A DNA stretch of 64,000 nt, taken from NCBI GenBank assembly GCA_002269645.1, contig NIVC01003806.1, positions 1 through 64,000 of the forward strand. Direction: 5' to 3'. How positions within the stretch are numbered: the stretch's first letter is position 1; each line of letters starts with the position of its first letter. The notes under the pieces are model-generated. The model was not told the origin of the DNA, made no database searches, and worked only from the letters and a program-made list of their open reading frames with translations. The position numbers and the translations under genes were made by a program. Origin of the DNA: Macrostomum lignano (lineage: Eukaryota). This document shows positions 13,111 to 26,049 of this stretch, in pieces.

Positions 13111-13954
13111 TCCTCCCTCCCATTTTTCTATTTAACCCAGCTGGTTGTCGGTGAGATTAGCACTGTGTATTATTTTAAACTATTTTTACTGTTGATTCAG
13201 TGGTCCTTCGCTCCTTTTGCTGGTGGCACCTCATCGCCAATTATTGTACAGTACACAGCTAACATCATTCTGTTGCCCCCCTGTCCTTTATTGAGACTGC
13301 TCTCTGAGGTAGGTAACAGTATATTTTCATTAACTTCGCATTGTACACTACCGCTTATCCTGCCTATCATTATTGATTCATAATTTGTCTGGCACTTGAG
13401 CACTAACTGGCTAAATTTTACTAGCATTCCTCACTCACTATCTGATTCATTAACTGATCCATAATTGCTGTGTAATTAGGCATGATCATTTATAGATTAC
13501 TGTATTTTTGTTTTATCAGTTTGTTTTGTACGCTTTAATGTTGGTCCCTGTCAGCGCCAGAGGAGAATTTCCCTGTAAACTTTTCAGCATAGCAAACCCC
13601 CCCTCTATCACTGTTTTTCATTTAGGCTTGAAATATTGGCATTCCCTTTATGGTTTAATAAAATAAAGAATCATTGTGAAACTCGATCGGCCACTATTTT
13701 ATCTGTGTCATTTTCATCATATGCGCGTATTTTTTAACTGTCCAAAGCTGTATTTTTTGTACTGTCAGCCCTGTCTGTCTAATTGTGCCTGGCAAATTCA
13801 GTAACTGTTATTTATTTTTATGAGTTCGTTTTGTCCGCGCTTTTCTTGAAGATCTTTGTGTACCTGATTATTGAGCTGTTAATTTAGTCATTGCTTGCCG
13901 ATATTCTTCATGCCTCTATGCTTATCATCGGCTTTCTGTATTCTGTGTGTCCCC

Positions 13955-14460
13955 CTGCTGTAGCTGAGTCTGTAATGACCCCTGCTGTAGCTGAGTCTGT
14001 AATGACCCCTGCTGTAGCTGAGTCTGTAATGACCCCTGCTGTAGCTGAGTCTGTAATGACCCCTGCTGTAGCTGAGTCTGTAATGACCCCTGCTGTAGCT
14101 GAGTCTGTAATGACCCCTGCTGTAGCTGAGTCTGTAATGACCCCTGCTGTAGCTGAGTCTGTAATGACCCCTGCTGTAGCTGAGTCTGTAATGACCCCTG
14201 CTGTAGCTGAGTCTGTAATGACCCCTGCTGTAGCTGAGTATGTAATGACCCCTGCTGTAGCTGAGTCTGTAATGACCCCTGCTGTAGCTGTGTCTCTAAG
14301 TACCCCTGCTGTAGCTGAGTATGTAAGGGACAATGACCCATGGTGTAACTGAGTCTGTAAGGGACGATGACACCTGCTGTAGCTGAGTCTGTAAGAGACA
14401 ATGACCCCGGCTGTAGCTGTCTATAAGGGACAATGACCCCTGCTGTAACTGAGTCTGTGA
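13955..14460. repeat. 27-bp minisatellite (GACCCCTGCTGTAGCTGAGTCTGTAAT)
   Basis: Directly visible, degenerating at the 3' end. Confidence 0.95.
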
Positions 14461-15104
14461 AGGATGATTGCCCCAAACCTTCGTACTAGCACCATGATCA
14501 GTAAGGATACAGCAATGGCTATGTGAATCTAAGCAATTTATAAAGCTGCAAAGCTATCAGCAATGCATAGCTGTTTAGTTTGTGCACCGTGCTAACTTGG
14601 TCCCCTTCAGCTGTGCATCCGCTTGTATGTGTGCTCGTGTAGAAATATTTATTAATAACTGTTTGCGATTACATATTTCTGTGTTGGCAATATAAAGAAG
14701 CACCAAATTAAGCGAAAAAGAAATATCAATATGGTAGGAGAATGATTTGTTATAATATACGTTTTTTCCTGATTCTGGGTGTTCGGCTGTTTTTCTGAAC
14801 TCAAATCTTCGTCTTATTTGTTTGTTTCTTTGTATCGCGCTGGCTTCTGTCCAGGGTCTGAAGTCACCTCTGCGCACCTGTAGTGTATCCGATTAGGCTT
14901 GCAGAATTTTTTATCTTGTTTAATTGTTTAGCAATTTTATGGGAGCAATTTTGTTCCAGGGTTTAATCGGCAAATTGGTCATATTTTCTGCTGGGTGAAG
15001 AATTTTAAACTTGTCCTGTCCTCTACATGAATGCTGTGCACCTTGTGTACCTTTCATCCGTGCTCTTGAGTTTGGTTTGTTGGGTCTTGTGGCCAGCTGT
15101 GTCT

Positions 15105-15275
15105 TGTGTGGGTCTAGTGTGGGGTTTGTGTGGGTCTAGTGTGGGGTTTGTGTGGGTCTAGTGTGGGGTTTGTGTGGGGTTTGTGTGGGTCTAGTGTGGG
15201 TCTAGTGTGGGGTTTGTGTGAGTCTAGTATGGGGTTTGTGTGGGTCTAGTGTGGGGTTTGTGTGGGTCTAGTGTG
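15105..15275. repeat. 22-bp minisatellite (GTGGGTCTAGTGTGGGGTTTGT)
   Basis: Directly visible. Confidence 0.9.
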
Positions 15276-15518
15276 GTTATAGCGTGAGGTTTTTGTTGGT
15301 TTAGTGAGTTCTTTGTGAATTTAGCGGCTGTGTGGGTTATTGGGGTCAGTTTGTCTGGTTTAAAGTCGCTGCTGTGAGTTCGATATGTATGCTTTGTGTT
15401 CCAGTTGCCGCACTGCTTCTCCCCATGGTTCAAGTGATGCACACAGCACTTTATCTCGCATGATTTCAGCAACCAGTCGAGCCGATAGAATAAACGCGAG
15501 TTGCTCCGCTGTGTTGCC

Positions 15519-15892
15519 ATGGCAACCAACCAGCACAAGCAGAGTCGGGCCCAATCGCCAATATCCAGGCTGAAGTCGCACCACTCGCGAGCATTCGAGA
15601 GCTTGGCGGCCGCGCTCGACTTGGACGAGCGCCTGCAGCAGACGGAGGCCTCGGCGGAGCAGCTGCGCTCTCTGATCAGTTTGTACCGGAAGGGCGTGGC
15701 CGAGCTGGAGCACGGACTGGCCGTCCGGCCGGACTCGGCCACCAAGGCAGATCCGGCCAAAGCCAGCAAGCTGGCCAGCATCCAGGCCAAGATGAAGGCC
15801 AACCTGGCGCAGGCCGGCGAGAGACTGGCCACTGCGGAGGCTGGGCTGGAGCGGCTGAGGAAACAGCCGGCGCAGAGTGCGGCCAAGCCCGC
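15519..15892 (+). CDS. SPAST: Spastin exon 1 (MIT domain)
   Basis: GCCATGG start; HHSRAFESLAAALDLDE..LYRKGVAELEHGL..QAKMKANLAQAGERL matches a spastin-type MIT domain; donor GC|GTGAGT, phase 2. Confidence 0.85.
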
Positions 15893-15899
15893 GTGAGTG

Positions 15900-16963
15900 C
15901 GCGGGTGTGGGATTGGTGTGGGATTGGGTATGGGATTTGTGTGGGATTGGGTATGGGGTTTGTGTGGGATTGGGTATGGGATTTGTGTGGGATTGGGTAT
16001 GGGGTTTGTGTGGGATTGGGTATGGGATTTGTGTGGGATTGGGTATGGGGTTTGTGTGGGATTGGGTATGGGATTTGTGTGGGATCGGGTGTGGGATTGG
16101 TGTGCGGTTTGTGTGGGATTGGGTATGGAGTTTGTGTGGGATTGGGTATGGGATTGGTGTGGGATTTGTGTGGGATTGGGTATGGAGTTTGTGTGAGATT
16201 GGGTGTGGGATTGGTGTGGGGTTTGTGTGGGATTGGGTGTGGAATTGGTGTGGGGTTTGTGTGGGATTGGGTATGGGATTTGTGTGGGATTGGGTATGAG
16301 GTTTGTGTGGGATTGGGTATGGGATCTGTGTGGGATTTTTGTGCGATCAGGTGCTGTGGGAAAGTGTGTATTAAGTGTTGTAATGATAAGGGATATAAAA
16401 TCTAGGATATTCAAGGTATGGGATACACTGAATGTGGGATAGATTGGGTATTGGATAGATAGGGTGTGGGATAGATGGAGTGTGGGATAGATAGGATGTG
16501 GGATAGATTGGGTGTGGGATAGATGGAGTGTGGGTTAGATGGAGTGTGGGTTAGATAGGGTGTGGGATAAATTGGGTGTGGGATAGATGGAGTGTGGGTT
16601 AGATAGGGTGTGGGATAGATGGAGTGTGGGATAGATAGGATGTGGGATAGATTGGGTGTGGGATAGATTGGGTGTGGGATAGATAGGATGTGGGATAGAT
16701 TGGGTGTGGGATAGATTGGGTGTGGGATAGATAGGATGTGGGATAGATTGGGTGTGGGATAGATTGGGTGTGGGATAGATAGGATGTGGGATAGATTGGG
16801 TGTGGGATAGATTGGGTGTGGAATAGATGGGTGTGGAATAGATGGGTGTGGGATAGATGGGTGTGGGATAGATGGGTGTGGGATAGATGGGTGTGGGATA
16901 GATCAGGTGTGGGATAGATAGGGTGTGGAATAGATGGGTGTGGGATAGATGGGTGTGGGATAG
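15900..16963. repeat. Two G-rich arrays filling spastin intron 1 (23-bp GTGTGGGATTGGGTATGGGATTT, then 15/16-bp GGGTGTGGGATAGATT)
   Basis: Directly visible; the unit switches near 16340-16430. Confidence 0.95.
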
Positions 16964-17012
16964 GCTAAATACCATGCATCATAAGCCGGCCTACTGCATG
17001 AAAAGCCCCCAG

Positions 17013-17532
17013 TAGCCGCAGCCCCTCCTCCGCCTTCGCCAGCCGCGCCACCCGGAAGCAGCAGCCGCACAAGCCGCCGGCAGCAGCGCGAGCAGCTCCG
17101 GTCTCCTCCTTGGCGGCCGAGCTGAAAGGCGTGGACCCGGGCCTGGCCAACTCAATCCTGAACGAAGTGCTGGACAGATCGCCCGGCGTCGGCTTCGACG
17201 ATGTCGTCGGCAACGAGGCGGCCAAGCAGGCGCTGCGGGAGGCCACGGTGCTGCCCAGCCTGCGGCCCGACCTGTTCGGCGGCCTGCGCCAGCCGGCCAG
17301 GGCGGTGCTGCTGTTCGGACCGCCTGGCAACGGCAAAACCCTACTGGCCAAGGCTGTGGCCACGGAGGCCGGCGGCGTGTTCTTCAACATCTCGGCCGGC
17401 TCGCTGATGTCCAAGTGGGTTGGCGAGGCCGAGAAGCTGGTGCGGGCCCTGTTCGCCCTGGCGAGGCAGCTGGCGCCCGCTGTGATCTTTATCGACGAAG
17501 TCGACTCCATACTGAGCGTTCGCGGTGACAAG
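17013..17532 (+). CDS. SPAST: Spastin exon 2 (AAA ATPase, Walker A and B)
   Basis: [40 protein letters not shown]. Acceptor CCCCAG|T at 17012 fits phase 2 (17021 is an alternative). Donor AAG|GTGAGG. Confidence 0.88.
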
Positions 17533-17547
17533 GTGAGGATTAATTGC

Positions 17548-18160
17548 AGGAATCGCCCCTCAACCCTACACAGAATCGCCCCCCAATCCCACAGGAAATC
17601 GCCCCTCAACCTCACAGAGTATCGCCCCAATCCCACAAAGAATCGCCCCTCAACTCTACAAACAATCGCCTCTCAATCGCCCCTCAAGCCCACAAAGAAT
17701 GCCCCCTCAACCCCACAAGAATCGCCCTCAACCCCACAAAGAATCGCCCCTCAACCCCACAAAGAATCGCCCCTCAACCCCACAAAGAATCGCCCCAATC
17801 CCACAAAGAATCGCCCCTCAACTCTACAAACAATCGCCTCTCAATCGCCCCTCAAGCCCACAAAGAATGCCCCCTCAACACCGCGAAGAATCGCCCCTCA
17901 ACACCGCGAAGAATCGCCCCTCAACCCCACAGAGAATCGCCCCTCAACCCCACAAAGAATCGCCCCTCAACCCCACAAAGAATCGCCCCTCAACCCCACA
18001 AAGAATCGCCCCTCAATCCCACAAACAATCGCCTCTCAATCGCCCCTCAAGCCCACAAAGAATGCCCCTCAACACCGCGAAGAATCGCCCCTCAACCCCG
18101 CGAAGAATCGCCCCTCAACCCCACAGAGAATCGCCCCTCAACCCGCGAAGAATCGCCCCG
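17548..18160. repeat. 23-bp minisatellite (GAATCGCCCCTCAACCCCACAAA) filling spastin intron 2
   Basis: Directly visible. Confidence 0.95.
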
Positions 18161-18187
18161 AGTTCACCGAAGCCTACTGCATTCCAG

Positions 18188-18724
18188 GAAACCGAGGTGT
18201 CCCGTCGCCTGAAGACGCAATTCCTCGTCGAACTGGACGGTGTCCGAGCCGCCGACGACGACAGCTCGGACGCCGGTGGCAAGCGGAAAGGCAGCGGCGG
18301 CATCTTCCTTCTGGCGGCCACGAACCGGCCGGCCGAGATTGACCCGGCCGTTGTCCGTCGATTCGGCCGCCGGCTGTACATCGGCATGCCGGACAGCCGG
18401 TGCCGGCTGAACCTCCTGAGCTGCCTTCTGGCCAAGCACGATTCCGTTGACGTGTCCGAAGCTGAGCTGCGCGAGCTGGCCGAGCTCACCGACGGCTACT
18501 CGGCCAGCGACCTGGCCAACCTGGCCCGTGAAGCCGCCATGGAGCCGCTGCGGCAGATCCGACCGGATCGCCTAGCAACTGTTGCTAAGGCCGCCGTCCG
18601 GCCGTTGAGGGGTGAGGATTTACGAAACTGCCTGGCCAGGGTGCGGCCGAGCGTGCCGCCCGAGAGTCTGGCCGAGCTGCTGGACTGGAGCGAGAAGTAC
18701 GGCTCGGACGGTGGGGCCTCTTAA
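18188..18724 (+). CDS. SPAST: Spastin exon 3 (AAA C-terminal half, stop)
   Basis: Acceptor ATTCCAG|GAA; [46 protein letters not shown]; TAA at 18722-18724. Confidence 0.92.
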   Translation, partial: ETEVSRRLKTQFLVELDGVRAADDDSSDAGGKRKGSGGIFLLAATNRPAEIDPAVVRRFGRRLYIGMPDSRCRLNLLSCLLAKHDSVDVSEAELRELAELTDGYSASDLANLAREAAMEPLRQIRPDRLATVAKAAVRPLRGEDLRNCLARVRPSVPPESLAELLDWSEKYGSDGGAS

Positions 18725-18859
18725 CTGGCTGTAGCCTGGCAACCGCGTCCCCATGCTCTTTGTGGGTGCTCTGAGTTCCATTCCGTTCGTTCTAGTTGGT
18801 CACGCTTAATTGCTTCATTGATTCTCAATATTTTGATGGATAGATGCTTTTAGGGTTGA

Positions 18860-19810
18860 TTGTCTCAGGGTGAGATTCACTAGTAATGGGTTTTCTCATG
18901 GTGAGATTCAATAGTAATGGGTTTTCTCATGGTGAGATTCTTTAGAAATGTGTTTCTCCAGGTGATATTCTTTATTGGATGGTTTCCTCGGGGTGAGATT
19001 CTTCAAGTAGTTATTTTCTCAGGGTGAGATTCTTCAAGTAATGGTTTTCTCAGGGTGAGATTCTTCAAGTAATGGTTTTCTCAGGGTGAGATTCTTCAAG
19101 TAATGGTTTTCTCAGGGTGAGATTCTTTATGGGATGTTTTCCTCAGGGTGAGATTCTTTATGGGATGTTTTCCTCAGGGTGAGATTCTTTATGGGATGTT
19201 TTCCTCAGGGTGAGATTCTTTATGGGATGTTTTCCTCAGGGTGAGATTCTTTATGGGATGTTTTCCTCAGGGTGAGATTCTTTATGGGATGTTTTCCCCA
19301 GGGTGAGATTCTTTATGGGATGTTTTCCTCAGGGTGAGATTCTTTATGGGATGTTTTCCTCAGGGTGAGATTCTTTAAATGATGGTTTTCTCAGGGTGAG
19401 ATTCTTTAAATGATGGTTTGCTCAGGGTGAGATTCTTTAAATGATGGTTTTCTCAGGGTGAGATTCTTTAAATGATGGTTTTCTCAGGGTGAGATTCTTT
19501 AAATGATGGTTTTCTCAGGGTGAGATTCTTTAAATTATGGTTTTCTCAGGGTGAGATTCTTTAAATGATGGTTTTCTCAGGGTGAGATTCTTTAAATGAT
19601 GGTTTTCTCAGGGTGAGATTCTTTAAATGATGGTTTTCTCAGGGTGAGATTCTTTAAATGATGGTTTTCTCAGGGTGAGATTCTTTAAATGATGGTTTTC
19701 TCAGGGTGAGATTCTTTAAATGATGGTTTTCTCAGGGTGAGATTCTTTAAATGATGGTTTTCTCAGGGTGAGATTCTTTAAATGATGGTTTCCTCAGAGT
19801 GAGATTCTTA
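18860..19810. repeat. 31-bp minisatellite (CAGGGTGAGATTCTTTAAATGATGGTTTTCT) with blocks of variants
   Basis: Directly visible. Confidence 0.95.
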
Positions 19811-20354
19811 GGATCTTCCCGGTGGATACGCGAGACTGAGACTCCCTGCGAGTGTCCATCACAGGGGTGAAAAGTTCAACGTAAAAAGTTCTCTCCTACA
19901 CAATTAACCTACTTTCATTCAAGATTTCCTTTCATCGCCTACCAAATTTCCTGAGAGACTGGTTTTCCGTTTCAATTTTTGAATGCAATTGTTCTTGCTT
20001 AATTGAGTTTTATGCAGCATTTTGGACGCTGGTTTCCCCGTTCTCTTGTTCCCTGGTCTTCGCGGGACTAATTAACAAGGTTTCCTGCTTTTAGACAGGT
20101 GCGAAAATTTATTAAAATTAATTTCCTACGATATATAAATTAAATTATCCCGCTTCACTTCTGCTGATGGAGACTCCAGATAATGGAAGTCCCCAGAGAC
20201 TGTTTAATCTCTAAATCCTTTTGATTTGTTAGTTCTGCGCCTCAGGCGCCCATCCATGACATGCAATCGAATTTGTTGACTTGCTTCCTGTGCGAGAACC
20301 CCGTACTTCTCGTACTTTGTAACTCTTTGCGCCTCCTGCACTTGCTTTTGCCAC

Positions 20355-20942
20355 CCTCAGTTTGGTCCTTCGGTGGTCCTCTGCCGCCCCCAGTTTGGGT
20401 CCTTCGGTGGTCCTCTGCCGCCCCCAGTTTGGGTCCTTCGGTGGTCCTCTGCCGCCCCCAGTTTGGGTCCTTCGGTGGTCCTCTGCCATCCTCAGTTGGG
20501 TCCTTCGGTGGTCCTCTGTCATCCTCAGTTTGGTCCTTCGGTGGTCCTCTGCCGCCCCCAGTTTGGGTCCTTCGGTGGTCCTCTGCCGCCCCCAGTTTGG
20601 GTCCTTCGGTGGTCCTCTGCCGCCCCCAGTTTGGGTCCTTCGGTGGTCCTCTGTCATCCTCAGTTTGGTCTTTCGGTGTTCCTCTGCCATCCTCAGTTTG
20701 GTCCTTCGGTGGTCCTCTGCCGCCCCCAGTTTGGGTCCTTCGGTGGTCCTCTGCCGCCCCCAGTTTGGGTCCTTCGGTGGTCCTCTGCCATCCTCAGTTT
20801 GGTCCTTCGGTGGTCCTCTGCCGCCCCCAGTTTGGGTCCTTCGGTGGTCCTCTGCCGCCCCCAGTTTGGGTCCTTCGGTGGTCCTCTGTCATCCTCAGTT
20901 TGGTCCTTCGGTGGTCCTCTGCCGCCCCCAGTTTGGGTCCTT
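20355..20942. repeat. 33/34-bp minisatellite (CAGTTTGGGTCCTTCGGTGGTCCTCTGCCGCCCC)
   Basis: Directly visible. Confidence 0.95.
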
Positions 20943-21267
20943 CCTTGAAATTGAGTTCTCTAAATCTTGTCTGACACACTGACAGATATCATTTTTTGCA
21001 ATGAAAATACGCCAGTAATTTCCCGAGTATTTTTGCACTTTGCATCAAATCGAAAAAAATTATTTGGATTTTTACCTGCTTTTCTATTGTGTAATGCGCG
21101 CTTCAACTGTGTAGTTAACTAAGATGTTCACCTGTGGGTTGGTCTGTAAATTCAATGTGTCTTTAAAAATACACTGAGATTTGTGCATCTGTGTCTGTTC
21201 ACTGGCTTTCATTGGCTAATAATTATGCTGATTACTATTCGCCAATCTTCTTCACTGCAATTTGTAT

Positions 21268-21657
21268 TTGATGATTAGCCATGGTGCCTGGGTAAGCTGT
21301 TTTTGATGATTAGCCATGGTGCCTGGGTAAGCTGTATTTGATGATTAGCCATGGTGCCTGGGTAAGCTGTTTTTGATGATTAGCCATGGTGCCTGGGTAA
21401 GCTGTATTTGATGATTAGCCATGGTGCCTGGGTAAGCTGTTTTTGATGATTAGCCATGGTGCCTGGGTAAGCTGTATTTGATGATTAGCCATGGTGCCTG
21501 GGTAAGCTGTATTTGATGATTAGCCATGGTGCCTGGGTAAGCTGTTTTTGATGATTAGCCATGGTGCCTGGGTAAGCTGTTTTTGATGATTAGCCATGGT
21601 GCCTGGGTAAGCTGTTTTTGATGATTAGCCATGGTGCCTGGGTAAGCTGTTTTTGAT
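21268..21657. repeat. 36-bp minisatellite (TGATGATTAGCCATGGTGCCTGGGTAAGCTGTWTTT)
   Basis: About 11 near-identical units. Confidence 0.95.
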
Positions 21658-21676
21658 TAGGCCAATTTTTTATGAG

Positions 21677-22495
21677 ACTGAGGTTGGTGAAGCTGTACTT
21701 CTATACCTGATGAACTGAAGCTGAGTTTGATGAAGCTGTACTTCTATACCTGATGAACTGAAGCTGAGGTTGATGAAGCTGTACTTCTATACCTGATGAA
21801 CTGAAGCTGAGGTTGGTGAAGCTGTACTTCTATACCTGATGAGCAGAAGCTGAAGTTGGTGAAGCTGTACTTCTATACCTGATGAACTGAAGCTGAGTTT
21901 GATGAAGCTGTACTTCTATACCTGATGAACTGAAGCTGAGGTTGGTGAATCTGTACTTCTATACCTGATGAACTGAAGCTGAGGTTGGTGAAGCTGTACT
22001 TCTATACCTGATGAACTGAAGCTGAGCTTGATGAAGCTGTACTTCTATACCTGATGAACTGAAGCTGAGCTTGATGAAGCTGTACTTCTATACCTGATGA
22101 ACTGAAGCTGAGCTTGATGAAGCTGTACTTCTATACCTGATGAACTGAAGCTGAGCTTGATGAAGCTGTACTTCTATACCTGATGAGCCAAAGCTGAGCT
22201 TGATGTACCTGTACTTCTATACCTGATGAGCCAAAGCTGAGCTTGATGTACCTGTACTTCTATACCTGATGAGCCAAAGCTGAGCTTGATGTACCTGTAC
22301 TTCTATACCTGTTGAACAGAAGCTGAGGTTGGTGAAGCTGTACTTCTATACCTGATGAACTGAAGCTGAGGTTGGTGAAGCTGTACTTCTATACCTGAAA
22401 AACTGAAGCTGAGGCTGATGGAGCTGTACTTCTATACCTGAGGAGCAGAAGCTGAGGCTGATGGAGCTGTACCTGCTGAGGCTGATGGAGCTGAG
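21677..22495. repeat. 43-bp minisatellite (GAAGCTGTACTTCTATACCTGATGAACTGAAGCTGAGGTTGGT)
   Basis: Directly visible. Confidence 0.95.
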
Positions 22496-22847
22496 GTACC
22501 TATTATTTTAGATCCGGGAATTCTTTCAAGCAGCTATTTTTATCCGTAGGTCTCGCAGCTCACACCGTCTACCTTGCTGGGCTTGAGGCCGTGAATACTG
22601 CCCTCAGACCGCTACAGCCCCTTCTGTGCTTGCAGCTGATGTACAGCATTTTTGCTGCTCGATTCTTTTCGCAGTTCCGTCTCCGCAGCATCACTGGTTC
22701 GGAGACTGCCGGATGTAGCCACTTCTCCATTCGGGGCCCGAAATGTCGCGAACTGTCTGTGTGGCAGAAGTATCGATTTCGGCCTTCCCGCCTTTGCCGC
22801 CTGTCTGGTGCCGAGACTTTCTTTGCTGGCGCTAGTTATTCAGCCTT

Positions 22848-23085
22848 GCTAGATTAGCAATCCATTCTATTATATTCATATTGGCTAGATTAGCAATCCA
22901 TTCTATTCTGTTCATATTGGCTAGATTAGCAATCCATTCTATTATATTCATATTGGCTAGATTAGCAATCCATTCTATTCTGTTCATATTGGCTAGATTA
23001 GCAATCCATTCTATTCTGTTCATATTGGCTAGATTAGCAATCCATTCTATTCTGTTCATATTAGCTAGATTAGCAATCCATTTAA
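22848..23085. repeat. 36-bp minisatellite (GCTAGATTAGCAATCCATTCTATTCTGTTCATATTG)
   Basis: About 6 units. Confidence 0.95.
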
Positions 23086-23519
23086 TTCCTACAGACATGA
23101 CTGAACAGATTAGCAATCGATTTTATCTTGTCTCATCTTGACAGTTGCAGTAAATCTCTCTAGCATGCCGAGTTGTCAACAGAGTTTTCGTTTTCGATTC
23201 ATCGCTCTTAACTGACCGCCTTTGTCTGCTGCAGGATTTTGGCAAAATCAATATCCAGTTTATCACGAAATCGCGCGCTGAAACGCCTGTTTATCCGCGG
23301 CTCAGACATTTGCAGTGAAATCCGGATCTCGCCTTAAAATTGTCTTCAATCCGAGCTCCTGTGATTTTGCTTACTGCCAAAGGCCAAGCATTTCCAGTTT
23401 CTGTTAATTTCCTTGCAATTGTCTTGTGATGAGCAAAATATACTTAAGAATTAATTAGTAGTTCAGGGCTTTGGGTAAATTCTTATCTGAGGTGGGAAAT
23501 TGTCTCAGCAATCACCTTT

Positions 23520-23715
23520 TATGAGTGCCTGCGGCGCTAAAATGAGTGCCTGTGGCGCCAAATTGAATGCCTGCGGCGCTAAAATGAATGCGTGCGGCGC
23601 TAAAATGAATGCCTGCGGAGCTAAAATGAATGCGTGCGGCGCTAAAGTGAATGCGTGCGGCGCTAAAATGAATGCCTGCAGCGCTAAAATGAGTGCCTGC
23701 GGCGCCAAAATGAGC
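23520..23715. repeat. 21-bp minisatellite (ATGAATGCCTGCGGCGCTAAA)
   Basis: Directly visible. Confidence 0.92.
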
Positions 23716-26049
23716 ACTGACAACACCAATTCTGAAAAAAATGTACATGTACATGTAGAAATCTTGGCTTTGTCCCCCTTAAAATCCATGGCGACGCCCC
23801 CTGTACGTAGTTGCTCCGCTCTCACCGACGTAAGGATCGACGCTTTGGTAGAATATGGCACCCTGAATCCTTTATAAAGTTGATTCCTTTGTAATTCAAG
23901 TTTACTTCAACTGCCATTAATTCAATACAATATTTATATGTATCCGTGCTTAGCAAAAAGTACTTCGTAGTTATGCAGCTCTGAGCGCGCAGTGATTGGT
24001 CATCTCGCTTGTAGAAACACACTCGGCCCAGTTACTACGTTCAACTAAAACTGAGCCAGCCCCAAAGTGCACCGCGTCCTAACATACATATATATACACA
24101 AAAAAGGGCACAGGCACTTCATGTACTCATGTACTGCAGAAGAACGAGTTCTTTTCTTATAAAATGCTCGAGAGCGATGGTTTACGCAAGAATACACTCT
24201 GAAGAGATATATATGTACGCGACCTTTTCATTTTTTGTCCAAAATATAATAAGTAATTTATCAGCATTTATTTAATAATTTAATCAGCCCTTAATAATAT
24301 AATTATTAAAGATTGTACCGTAATTATAATTACTTTATCCGTAATTATAAATACAGCTCATGAACATGAATTTTAAATGTGCATGTCGTTCGAATAGCTC
24401 GTAAAAGACAAATTCTTCTATTCATTCGCTGCGTCAAAAAGTGACTGCACAAGTTACTACACAACACGCGAGCCTGCATGCACACCAAAATCTTCAAGTT
24501 TCATTTTCTCGACTCTCAACATGAGACTAAACAAAAAACGAAATTTTCGCCTCCTTTGCTCTACTTTGTTCATCACACTGCGTACTAATTATATGAAGCA
24601 CATACATACTGAATGATCACCTTTTAATATAATTACGAGCGTACGGCCATTCGAGTTACGATCGATTTAAAATATCCTATTAGTTTCTCTGTTAAACAAA
24701 AAGATTAAGAGATAAGAGATGAGTCTTAATTATGTTTGTTTGTATATTTTGAAGTACTTCTATTTTATTATATTCATTGGCGTGAACCCAGAACTTTTGC
24801 TTGGCTTTTGTTATGGCATGGGTGTTGGGTGTCCCAGCGTGGACATCCTGTGCAAACATGCAGCTTTTTAACATTCCGCGCTCCTCCGAGGCAATTCAGC
24901 AAAACCTATATCCTGCATAACTACTATATTTTAACTACTATACTTTATATCAACACTTGCTGCGTTTCCAAAACTTAAAAAAATTCTTTGATTTTTAACT
25001 TTTTTTAGACAGTTTTCTGGTTTTTTTCTGAGACACCTAGCTTAGGACTCTCGTTATATTTGCGGCTTTTTACTAGCCTTTATGGTTAGCGGCATACGAA
25101 CTATTTGGCGCAAATTCAAATTTTTATTTCTAAGAGAGCGTGTCCTCAATGTTTACATGTGACCAATTGTCATTGAGATCACTTGTGCACCTTTTATTTT
25201 TAGATTCGTTTTTATCCCTTCGTCATTCGTCATTATGTGATTGAATTTTATTTTGATAAAAGAACATTAGATCTATGGCAATTCGTTTATTACCTGAATT
25301 ACTTCATCCTGGTTTTATTTTGCTTTTTTTGGCTAGCTTCTAGCTAAAATTACTAAGACGATTAGGGACTCTTTATTTCATGTTATTATGGTTTTTCAAA
25401 ATTATTCTATTCCTGATATTTTGTGAGATTGAACATCTACCTGTTGTTTTCTTCTTGTCCCAATGATCTTGAAGTATATTTAATTTAGTTTTTTATGTCA
25501 CTACTAATTATACTTTGCAAAAACGATTGTTGTGTTGACATGTCAAAACAAAATATTTAGAATTGAAACTATTGAAAAATCAGACAGTCAGTGTTGAGTT
25601 AAACTTTGCCATTTGCTTGTAGTTCTTTTTAAATAAGACAATATTTGAACATTATACTATTGTTGATTATACAAGCTATTTTACTAGTAGTTAGAAACTA
25701 AACTACATATTTTTTTATATATGAGAAATTTTAGTTATTTACTGATTTTTTAAATTTATGCTTGAAATATCTTTTTCAACTTTATATTCATAAATAAAGC
25801 TTGCTTTAATATAAAACCTAAAGTCCAAACAAAAGTGTGTTAATATTCATTTTTTTGTTTTTGTGCATATTAAAAAAGATTCTAAAATGTAAGTTTGCAT
25901 TTTGCCAAGTTTTAGATGCACAATGTACGATGCACATTGTACTTTTAAACTTTTAAAAAATATTTTGTCTTAGCTTAGCAATGTCTCTTACAATATTTAA
26001 GCTTTATCACAACTTAGATTATTAAGCTAAGTTAAGTTGACACCTTCTT

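Noticed and set aside
17110-18342. Spastin ORF reading through intron 2 with a Pro/Arg repeat insert
   Set aside because: The intron is 655 nt (not a multiple of 3), GT-AG splicing restores [13 protein letters not shown], and the open frame reflects a stop-free repeat.
22560-22850. Stop-free ~75-codon minus-strand stretch; similar ones at ~27050-27260 and ~48070-48300
   Set aside because: No homology recognised and no convincing donor/acceptor pairs. They cannot be supported as exons without RNA-seq.
18860-23715. CRISPR-like appearance of the 31-43-bp repeat arrays
   Set aside because: Units are contiguous with no unique spacers, there are no cas genes, and the context is eukaryotic.
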